Below the pieces are notes generated by a model, which saw only the letters and a list, made by a program, of their open reading frames with translations, searched no databases and was not told where the DNA came from. This document shows, one piece after another, positions 29,328 to 41,300 of a stretch of 64,000 nucleotides of DNA. The translations under genes were made by a program, and so were the position numbers. How positions within the stretch are numbered: the stretch's first letter is position 1; each line of letters starts with the position of its first letter. Source of the stretch: Lingula anatina (lineage: Eukaryota > Animalia > Brachiopoda); NCBI GenBank assembly GCA_051362555.1, contig CM120642.1:15376001-15440000 (forward strand), given 5' to 3'.

Positions 29328-32300
29328 AGTTCACAGGTTTTTGTTTACACATATGTTAACAAAACAAAAATAAGGTTTTCGTGGTAAACCACTCAATTTA
29401 CTTGTCTCCCTTTTGATCATTCTGATCACCTTCTACACAACATCTTATCACATTCTATCAATGAAGAAAAAAGAAACTAAATTAATTATCACAACTTATT
29501 GAGGCGGTATTATTTGAGGTCAGTACTTCAAAAACAATTATGTTTTGCCAAAACGTACCCTAACACATTATCAGGTGATACAAAACAAGTTTTCTCAGAA
29601 GAATGAGTGAAGCATCCCTTGGCGGCTCAAGATGCTCTCTCTCCATATATACATGCATGACATCTCAATTCTCCAGATGAAAAACAACACTACACAATCC
29701 AATGTTAATTAAGTTCTGCCAGTCAATACTAAGCCATAGAACTGTAACTATAATAGCACTCAGTGCTGCCAAGGGATGGTATATACTGTACACACACACA
29801 CACTGTTATGAGAACACTAATTTTCACTTAGAGATCAGTATTAGCAGAGAGATAGCACAGAAACAGGTAAAGGTTGGGAGGGATGTGCAAGGGTTTCTGT
29901 TAGCACGACTGTTAGGGACTCTTTCCCTTATAGAAAATTTAGAATTTAATTTATTACTATTTCCTAACACAGTGGCTTGCAGTGATATCACATAGAAAAC
30001 CAATTGTTGGGATCAAAAATGATCACAAGTTCCTTTTCTAATGAAAAGCTTATTGGTATACAAAATGGAACTGGCTTTTATCCTGCGCAAAATTATTCAA
30101 CATGCAATGTACATAATATAGGATTTCATGTTATTTGTTAGACCATTCAAATTCAATATGCCCTCTTTTCAGCGACAGAGTAAAAAAAAAAAACCTGCAT
30201 AAAAACAAATCAGCCATCCAATTCAATCCATTAAGCCAAATAACTGAGCACAAAATGAATATAAATGCAAAGAAACATTAAAATTACTGAGCTTAACTCA
30301 AAAGAACTGGAGACAAAATCGATTTCCACAAGACAGTTCAAGATAGACTTTTCTTACTCAATAAGTCACCTTGATATTAAATAAGTCATTTACAAATAGA
30401 TTTGATCTGACAAACAATATGACAAAAAAATTATCGATTTTGAAATAAAATCAGTAATGCAAAATTGGAAATTTGAATAGATTAACTTACACAAGCATGC
30501 ACAAAGACATATAGTAAAAGCTCAAAATGACCCATCTTCCTTAGAAAATCCCTTTAATTCTGTATATATACAAATATATCTCAAGAAGAAAATTAAAATA
30601 CCTAGAATATATCTGACCATCAAGATTATTGACACTTGAAAAAATAATTATTGGGAATAAAATTTGAGTTGCTGATCTCTAGCACAACTGTTGTGTTATA
30701 TAAGAAGCTCTGGACTTGAAATGTTTTCATCTATTCAATTATAAATTTATTAATCTTCGTCAGAGTTCCATCGGTAATAAAAATAATTTTTATAATCACT
30801 GGAGTAATCTCTTGGTACAATGAGCAACATTCAGGATAACAAAGAGGTCAGTCATACTGCAGCATTGGTAAGGGAGTGCAAAATGGATTATCTGAGACTA
30901 AAATGAGGCTGTAGCCACTGAGTGATGTTATACAAGTCTGATTAGACTGAAAAGTGTGCAAAAATCAGTACGAGGTGACATGAAAAACATGGTGAATTCA
31001 TACTGTTAACTTTCATTCTTCAGAACCTAAGAAAAAACAATCAGCAATATATTAATTTATTTAAGTTTTTCAGATTTTATTCATTGCTGCCCTGCACTGT
31101 CTATTTTGCCATTATTTTTGACCCCACTCAATCCAAATCAGGCAAAATTTTGGATGATTTTTTTTTTCCTTAGCCTTAAATTCTTGCAGATGATCCCCAT
31201 TAAAATGTTTAGGATCATGAAGCGATCTTTTCAATGGGCAAAAATTATCAAACTTCCAGATACATCATTTTATAATCACAAAATTATATTTCTATAGCAT
31301 TTGTGGTGCTTTTACTTCACAAAATAGACCTGTATTATAGAGTACCCTGCTTTTCAATATTGTTGTTACTACTCAATAGGAATGTTCAAATTTTAAGAAA
31401 TTATGACATAAAACTAGTATCTGTAAAATTCTCAATTTTCCCCATTGAAAAGATCGAGTATTTTACCATATTTTCTGAAGTGTTCAAAATCACCTTATTC
31501 ATACCAATTTCCTTTTGCTCTCAGACAAAGAAATAAATCACAGAAAACAAATGACCCCCGGTTCTTAGAACAAAATAAAATCATTGATTTATTCAATAAA
31601 TGAAGATTTAGGGTTACTCCAGTACATCTTTAACTGACATTCATTATCTGGTCAAACAAATCGCTACTAAAAATATGCTCATAAAACTGGCAATTTTACT
31701 AATGCTGGTACTTTTGCACCATGCAGTCTGAGAGATTTACAACTTTAAGCTTGGGTGCTTTATAAAATAAGTCACCTAAATGGAGACCACCTCCTAAAGC
31801 CACCAATTAAATTAACTAAACAGCAGAAAGCAAACTTGTGGAGAACTTGTGACAGGGAGATGAATAAAACCCTATAGTATAATAAAATGTTTGTCCTGCA
31901 ATGACCTGCAATACCACTGTGTGTAAGTTTGACTGAAAACAGTCACAGATGATAGCGCAGTAATGAGTGTATTTTAACAGGCAACCTCAAATTCTGCTGT
32001 GTTCACATTCTAATGGACTGAGGATGGTCTACTGATGAAGCAGAAAATCTCAGGAGATTTGATATATAGCATCTTTTAGGAGAATTTCTTTCTGCAGCTT
32101 ATGCAATAAGGCAAGTGACAATGGTAATGCACAAAACATTGATATAGAATCATTTTAGAAACTAAGAGGAATGTTTGAAGAATGTTTAATTTACTCAATT
32201 AAGCATTATACCTGTATGTATAAAGAAAAAAAAAATATCAGGCACTGGAAAAGATGCAGAGTTGAAGTTATCTTATTTAAAATGAGAAAATCAAGCAGGG

Positions 32301-35300
32301 CACTTCCCATTAGTATCAGTACTAGTACCATTTCAAAGTACTGGTACACATATATCCCAAATACATGTAGAATTTATACCTTAATGGATCTCAGCAACAA
32401 TCTGTCACCTGAGAACAGACAAAACAGAAACTTAAAGAAAATAATTAAAAAAAAAATTTTTTTTCTCAGCCCTATCACGTGTAAAAGCATATCAGCCACC
32501 AACTGCAAAGAGGTGCAAATAACCACTTACAGGATTATTTCATACATTTTTTTTCATATTTAAGTCACTGGAAATGAAACAAAACTGAGCTGTAATTGAT
32601 TCATTACCTTGTAATTCATCTGACTCTGCCACATGGCACGCATCTCTTGATTTTTCTTCTGTCTCTTCCAATATTTTTTTCCCATCCAACACTGATATTT
32701 CTTCCAAATGCGCCATTACCAGTGCAGACTATACCCTGTTTGTATATATATATGTGGAGGTAAATAAACGTCCAAATATTCCTAATCCATGTCTGTTTCA
32801 AGAAAATAACACTTTAGATTTATACTTATAACAGAGTCCCTGACACATCGATACCTCTATATGAGGAATGGTACTAAGAATGGAATAAAGCACATATATG
32901 GTATATCAATCCAGTTCAAATCAGCTAATATTGGCATCCACGCTATTTGTTATGTGCAAGAAATCTATTATGACATTCAATATTCCATATCTAGACTGAC
33001 CTCCAGCAGATTCTTAAAGCCAAGCTTTAGTGCATATATAAGAGCATATACAACTTCAGCTCTGGTGTCTAGTCTTGATTAAAACACTGGATATCTCACA
33101 CCCAGATCATCGTCGTCCCACTGTTTCCAATCTACATGTAGCTGTCTATGTAGACTGTTCAAGTCCTCACAGATAAAGTCATAGAAGCGTGTAATTAATA
33201 AAACTGTGGTCCTGAATAATAAATAAGTGGCCGTCACAGGATGACATCACACCTAAAATCCATATTCGGTCTTTACATAGCATACCCAAATTATGCCCAT
33301 GCAGCCAATTTGGTCCTGATTCAACACAGTGAGCAAGATGCACTAGTTAGCATGTGTCAGCACCACCAAAGGCAACGGTGAGAAACATTTGCCACAGTTG
33401 ATCCACGCAATGTCACCTGCAACCAACCACTGTGTAATACATGACGCTCAGGTGTAGCCGCAACGCAGATCAAATCATATGACAGACATAATTATGATGG
33501 CATGGTGCGCTGTATAGACCATTACAATAGAAGGACATCCACTTGCACTAACGGTGCGTCCATTATTCCGTGTGGTTAATTAGGCCAGAGTTTTATACTG
33601 TAAATATATGCAAAGCTGTACACAGCTGGAGAGCTAATCCAATCAATGATTAGAAGGTGAAGGTGAGGATACAATGAAGTCGGACTGCTGAATTGACAGC
33701 AAAGAACCAATGTCACATGAAGGTTATCACCATCATCACCCTCTCTGACATATGACAAAATAGCAGTAATATTGGAAAATTTCAATCTTTTTTAATGACC
33801 ATCATTTTCAGGACTTAACTGTAACAAAATTGTTATCAGGTTGTTGCAAATAGTAAATTGATCTTAAGTGTATTTTTGTAATTCACTTGTTACATTATGC
33901 TTCTACACAATGTATGCAAAGGCAATATGTTTAATAGCTTTATCAATAAGAAAAGATCATTGTCTGCATGTGCATAAACTGTAAATATATGAAAGTGACA
34001 TATTTCAGTGCACTGCAGTCTGAGTACATTATCTATCTTTACATCTAAACCAGCATATTTCCTTATTTGCATGGATCTATTGGTAAAAGCAAATAGCTGG
34101 GAGATACATTTTTGCAATTTACTAAAAAAACATCATAACTCATTTCCCCACTCAGGAAAGATAGTGGTTCTATTTTTCTTCCATTAAACATTTCAAACTC
34201 AACGAATATAAAGTACTTTTGGCAATAGAAGGGAAAAGATATCTAAAAAAATTCCATATCCCTTGTAATACTATATAATTACTACAAGTAGAAAAGATGA
34301 TCAATATATTGTAAATTTGTTGGACCCATCCCTTTAATATGTTTATCTCTATTTGGCAGCAGAACTGCATGATGGCACCCAAAGCGGAATGGCAAGGAAG
34401 TGCTGAGTAAAGGTGAAGACCTCGATCACCTAATGGTCATCACTTGTCCAGTTCGATTAGTGGAGACTGCTTTGCCAGTCCTGCTTGCCAAGTGTGAACT
34501 TTCTTTCTCAGCCTTAATTTGCAGACTAAGTAGGGTTATCTTAAAACCTATAGGCCCATAACCAGCAATTTCAAAAGGAGAAGGGGTCTTTCTCTGAATA
34601 AATTACTTTTTCACAACAAAACCTAAAATTTGTAGCATTTTTTCAAACCAGCTTGATTTTACATCAATTCCTTTTCCCAGTCAAAATGGCATGTACGAAC
34701 CACTCGCTCTCCTTCCATGCCCCCCCCCCCCCCCCACACACACACACACATACACAGACACATGGGCCCATTTCTAATACCTAACAGGGCAAATTGTGGA
34801 GAAAAACACTTAAGTATTTCACATGCATTAGCCACTGCTACACTACAACAGTTATTATGCATGCTTCTACAGGAACAAATTAAGAAATGGACACAGGGCC
34901 AATATATCAATAAAATGTATTATTGGTTATAGCCTTTATAACTTCACATAATTGGTTTGATGTTCATCTCCTGAATGGAATTGATGTTTATCATAATGAC
35001 CCATATGGTTTAAATGTCAACCAAATTCCTATTATTGTTCTGAGATGATTGTATCTCTACACAGAAACATTCAGTAACACAGTGGGTAAACCAAGGCTTA
35101 GTATTTCATTTTTAATGATCTCTGTCATGTGATATACTCCTTTGTAATTGTGGTTCAAAAATATAACCAAGCACAAAAAATGTCTACATTATAATTACTT
35201 GACAAATGGCTCAACTTTTATAATTATGTCTTACAACATTATAGCTAAGTTTATTTATCGTTGTCTATCAATTCCCAACCTACATTCGATAGGGCAACTC

Positions 35301-38300
35301 CCCATTTCTGCCAAAATGCATAATTATAAAATCTAGCAGATAATATTTATTCAACAAGTCTTGGTTATAAATTGCATTTACCACAGATCAAATGGGGACT
35401 CAAGAAATGGACTGCTGCTGAGCTGATATCTGCCTGTCCATTATGGCATAATTTTTAACAATCAAAACCAATCACTATGTATGCTACTGAATATATTAAG
35501 CTGAAAATTTATCTAAAAAGTACTCATGCATCCGTTGGACAAGAGTATATAAATAATTCAAGAAGTGGACTGCTGCTGAGCTGATATCTGCCTGTCCATT
35601 ATGACATAATTTTTAACAATTCAAAACCAATCACTATGTATGCTACCGAATACATTAAGCTGAAAATTTATCCAAAAAGTACACATGCATCTGTTAACAA
35701 AAAAGTGTATAAATGAAATGACTTTCTGAATACCAATATCCATTTTTCATACATGTGCATCCTCCCACAATGTAAAGCTCAATCACAAACTAATAACATG
35801 GAGCTTGCAGGAAATTACCAACAAGTACGTAACGGCTGCATGAATTAACTTACCTCTCATGTACGCAAACCTCCTTACACCTCCCAACTCCATTATTCCC
35901 AAAATGTTTCTGCTATTTTCTATCAATCTACAGCCCTTATGGCTAATAATTGGCAATAGAACCGGTGGTATTGACTCGGCACAAAACTATAAACCTATAT
36001 TAGCTTCACCTTTCTACCCAGCTCTGCAAGGATGATTATTGATTTTCCCCCCCTTTCATGATACTTTGTGTTGATGTCCCTTGAGAAATTGATTTTTTAC
36101 TTTTACATGTCTTTATGACAGACTGACGTCATTTTGAAAATAAATTGATGCACATGTGATGTCTTGTTTTCATTTGATAGCTTTTGCTTATTAGGTTTCA
36201 TTCTTTCTCAAGGATAGAAAAGCACATGACAATGATGGAGAAATAAAAAAAGTTTAACAATTTAACAATATGTGATCGTAATTTTAAAGGGTGGATGTAA
36301 GGGAGGGGGTGGGCTGAGGGCAGGAAGGGGCTATTGTAGGTGAAAGTTTGCATAGATGGGAGGGGTGGGGGGAGGTTGATAAAAATAGTTTGAGTCCCTT
36401 CCCTCAGCAATAACCTAAATGGAATGCACCTGCTGCCTAGTTCATCTATACTGTCAACCGAACTGTTATTTAAGTTATTAAGTATTATTAAACCAGCCAT
36501 GCACAGAAGTCACCTTACAGAGGTCCTCTTACATAAGGGGCCACATTGGGCAAATCAAATTTCCAATGCTGCAATAATTTCTTTATACTTGAATCAAAAC
36601 TGGAAGATACTTCTTTGTGTAAACATATACAATATTTGTGCAACTTAATTTTGATTGATCAATAACTGACTAATGGTGGAAATAAAGACTGTTTCAAATG
36701 AATAATGTAAAAGCAAGCTTTCCCCTTCAGTCAGAAATGATTAAATAGAGTCCAGTAAAAGCCAACATTTCCCTCCATTACAAAAGATATTTATCTCTTA
36801 ACAGACCTAAAATCAATAGTCTGGACAGTTTATCAAACAAAAGGATTATTAATTTGATAACCTGGGAAATAATATGGTCCCTTGACTTGCCCTGGTAATA
36901 ATAGATAATTTGAAACTAATGAAGATTAAACAAAATGTAAAGATGATTAAAATCCTGGGAAAAACAGTTTCTAAAGGATTAGACCTACTAGAACAATACC
37001 ACGTAGGTTTCTCAAAAATTCTTTCACTCCTAAAATTTATGAAACTATTTAAGTTGCCAATCTTCTATACAAATGTTTTTAATAAAATATATGCCAAATG
37101 TATAACATACTCAAATTTGAAAACAACAGTGAAATAATCAGCACAGATGCTTGCAGGTGGTGAACCTCAGGTATTGGTTTAATAAACAGATACATTTCAG
37201 TATGGAAATAAACAGTCATTAAATGGAAGCAAATCTCATCAGCTATTTCCCAAATAAAATGAAAATTATCTCTGTCCATAATTCCAGGCAAATGATCAGG
37301 CAGTTCAGGAAAGTAAAAATGGTAGATTATTCTTTCTTTTTTATTTTAAATTACTAGTAGTTATATTTATCTCTTTTAGCCCTGTAAGAAACACATGTAT
37401 ATCCTGCAATATGTTTGAAATATTGAACAGTCACAAATTTGCGAAGCACATCTGAATAAGAGTTTGTGTGCCAAAATTGTGTTCCAACAAAAAATACAGT
37501 GTATACAGATCAGTATCATACAGAAGCTGATTGGATTTCAAGCCCAGAATTACAGAGTGGAAGTAAGAGATAATGGCCAGTCTGCTGGGGATGGACAATG
37601 TCATTAGAATTGCATTACACACAGAGCTTGTTCTGGAATTGAACAATACACACACAGTAGTCATACTGCATTTTGTTTCTAATACAAACATGGTAATATA
37701 AAACATATAATATACAAGTACTATAGTAGGTTTAAAATGTAATGGCTGAAACGTACAAATTACAAAGGCAAACAACTGTGCTATTTTAAAGAACAAAAGG
37801 ATAAGGATATTTGTTAGGAAGGGAAAAAAAAACAAACAATGTGCGCAACAGGTTAACTCAGGATAGGTAAATCAATACATAAAGATGCGATTTAAAGAGT
37901 TACTTGTGTGGAGTGCACTACTAGTAATTTATATACGTAAAGAAACGACTGTAAAAATCAACTAGAGGATCAGAGAGGCGATACCGCCTCCGAATATTGT
38001 ACCACCAGCTGGAGCAAGCGCATTCGTATAGACCCCCACATACACAAAATAAGGGACACAGCCACCAGTTTTGTGCTTGACAAGCTGTAAAAATGCAATC
38101 AACAAGAATTTTTAAACTTTTGCAAAAAATATATATGGTACAATCAAATTTAAGTTCTTCGTAAGATAGGTCAAAGGTCAATTTCAAGGTCACAGTAAAT
38201 TGCCAGTATATGACTTCCTATTCAAGTTCAAGAGTAACTATGGACCTATCTCTGCCAGTTTTGGAGATAAAAGGAAAGCAAAATTTGCAAAGTTCAGTTC

Positions 38301-41300
38301 ATGGTGAAAAGTAGGTCAAAGGTCAATTTTAAGGTCACATTTAGATTGCCAGTATATGACTTCCTATTCAAGTTCAATAGTAACTATGAACCTATCTCTG
38401 CTAGTTTTGGAGATAAAAGGGAAGCAAAATTTGCAAAGTTCAGTTTAAGGTGAAAAGTAGGTCAAAGGTCAATTTTAAGGTCACATTTAGATTGCCAGTA
38501 TACGACTTCCTATTCAAGTTCAATAGTAACTACGGACCTATCTCAGCCAGTTTTGGAGATAAAAGAAAAGCAAAATTTGCAAAATTCAGTTCATGGTGTA
38601 AAGTAGGTCAAAGGTCAATTTTAAGGTCACATTTAGATTGCCAGTATATGACTTCCTATTCAAGTTCAATAGTAACTACGGACCTATCTCTGCCAGTTTT
38701 GGAGATAAAAGGAAAGCAAAATTTGCAAAGTTCAATTCATGGTGAAAAGTAGGTCAAAGGTCAATTTCAAGGTCACATTTAGATTGCCAGTATATGACTT
38801 TCTATTCAAGTTCAATAGTAACTACGGACCTATCTCTGCCAGTTTTGGAGATAAAAGGAAAGCAAAATTTGCAAAGTTCAATTCATGGTGAAAAGTAGGT
38901 CAAAGGTCAATTTCAAGGTCACATTTAGATTGCCAGTATATGACTTTCTATTCAAGTTCAATAGTAACTACGGACCTATCTCAGCCAGTTTTGAAGATAA
39001 AAGAAAAGCAAAATTTGCAAAATTCAGTTCATGGTGTAAAGTAGGTCAAAGGTCAATTTTAAGGTCACATTTAGATTGCCAGTATATGACTTCCTATTCA
39101 AGTTCAATAGTAACTACGGACCTATCTCTGCCAGTTTTGGAGATAAAAGGAAAGCAAAATTTGCAAAGTTCAATTCATGGTGAAAAGTAGGTCAAAGGTC
39201 AATTTCAAGGTCACATTTAGATTGCCAGTATATGACTTTCTATTCAAGTTCAATAGTAACTATGGACCTATCTCTGCCAGTTTTGGAGATAAAAGGGAAG
39301 CAAAATTTGCAAAGTTCAGTTTATGGTGAAAAGTAGGTCAAGGGTCAATTTTAAAGTCACATTTAGATTGCCAGTATATGACTTCCTATTCAAGTTCAAT
39401 AGTAACTATGGACCTATCTCTGCCAGTTTTGGAGATAAAAGGGAAGAAAAATTTGCAAAGTTCAGTTCATGGTGAAAAGTAGGTCAAAGGTCAATTTTAA
39501 GGTCACATATAGATTGCCAGTATATGACTTCCTATTGAAGTTCAATAGTAACTACGGACCTATCTCTGCCAGTTTTGGAGATAAAAGGAAAGCAAAATTT
39601 GCAAAGTTCAATTCATGGTGAAAAGTAGGTCAAAGGTCAATTATAAGATCACATATAGATTGCCAGTATATGACTTCCTATTCAAGTTCAATAGTAACTA
39701 CGGACCTATCTCTGCCAGTTTTGGAGATAAAAGGAAAGCAAAATTTGCTTAGTTCAATTCATGGTGAAAAGTAGGTCAAAGGTCAATTTCAAGGTCACAT
39801 TTAGATTGCCAGTATATGACTTTCTATTCAAGTTCAATACTAACTATGGACCTATCTCAGCCAGTTTTGGAGATAAAAGGGAAGCAAAATTTGCAAAGTT
39901 CAGTTCATGGTGAAAAGTAGGTCAAAGGTCAATTTTAAGATCACATTTAGATTGCCAGTATATGACTTTCTATTCAAGTTCAATACTAACTATGGACCTA
40001 TCTCAGCCAGTTTTGGGAGATAAAAGGGAAGCAAAATTTGCAAAGTTCAGTTCATGGTGAAAAGTAGGTCAAAGGTCAATTTTAAGATCACATTTAGATT
40101 GCCAGTATATGACTTCCTATTCAAGTTCAATAGTAACTACGGACCTATCTCAGCCAGTTTTGGAGATAAAAGAAAAGCAAAATTTGCAAAATTCAGTTCA
40201 TGGTGTAAAGTAGGTCAAAGGTCAATTTTAAGGTCACATTTAGATTGCCAGTATATGACTTCCTATTCAAGTTCAATAGTATCTACGGACCTATCTCTGC
40301 CAGTTTTGGAGATAAAAGGAAAGCAAAATTTGCAAAGTTCAATTCATGGTGAAAAGTAGGTCAAAGGTCAATTTCAAGGTCACATTTAGATTGCCAGTAT
40401 ATGACTTTCTATTCAAGTTCAATAGTAACTACGGACCTATCTCTGCCAGTTTTGGAGATAAAAGAAAAGCAAAATTTGCAAAGTTCAATTCATGGTGAAA
40501 AGTAGGTCAAAGGTCAATTTCAAGGCCACATTTAGATTGCCAGTATATGACTTTCTATTCAAGTTCAATAGTAACTACGGACCTATCTCAGCCAGTTTTG
40601 AAGATAAAAGAAAAGCAAAATTTGCAAAATTCAGTTCATGGTGTAAAGTAGGTCAAAGGTCAATTTTAAGGTCACATTTAGATTGCCAGTATATGACTTC
40701 CTATTCAAGTTCAATAGTAACTATGGACCTATCTCTGCCAGTTTTGGAGATAAAAGGGAAGAAAAATTTGCAAAGTTCAGTTCATGGTGAAAAGTAGGTC
40801 AAAGGTCAATTTTAAGGTCACATATAGATTGCCAGTATATGACTTCCTATTGAAGTTCAATAGTAACTACGGACCTATCTCTGCCAGTTTTGGAGATAAA
40901 AGGAAAGCAAAATTTGCAAAGTTCAATTCATGGTGAAAAGTAGGTCAAAGGTCAATTATAAGATCACATATAGATTGCCAGTATATGACTTCCTATTCAA
41001 GTTCAATAGTAACTACGGACCTATCTCTGCCAGTTTTGGAGATAAAAGGAAAGCAAAATTTGCTTAGTTCAATTCATGGTGAAAAGTAGGTCAAAGGTCA
41101 ATTTCAAGGTCACATTTAGATTGCCAGTATATGACTTTCTATTCAAGTTCAATACTAACTATGGACCTATCTCAGCCAGTTTTGGAGATAAAAGGGAAGC
41201 AAAATTTGCAAAGTTCAGTTCATGGTGAAAAGTAGGTCAAAGGTCAATTTTAAGATCACATTTAGATTGCCAGTATATGACTTCCTATTCAAGTTCAATA

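Noticed and set aside
38450-40797. Four near-identical ~100-aa ORFs ([17 protein letters not shown]...)
   Set aside because: By-products of the 146-bp satellite (3 monomers = 438 bp restores the frame); no protein-family motifs.
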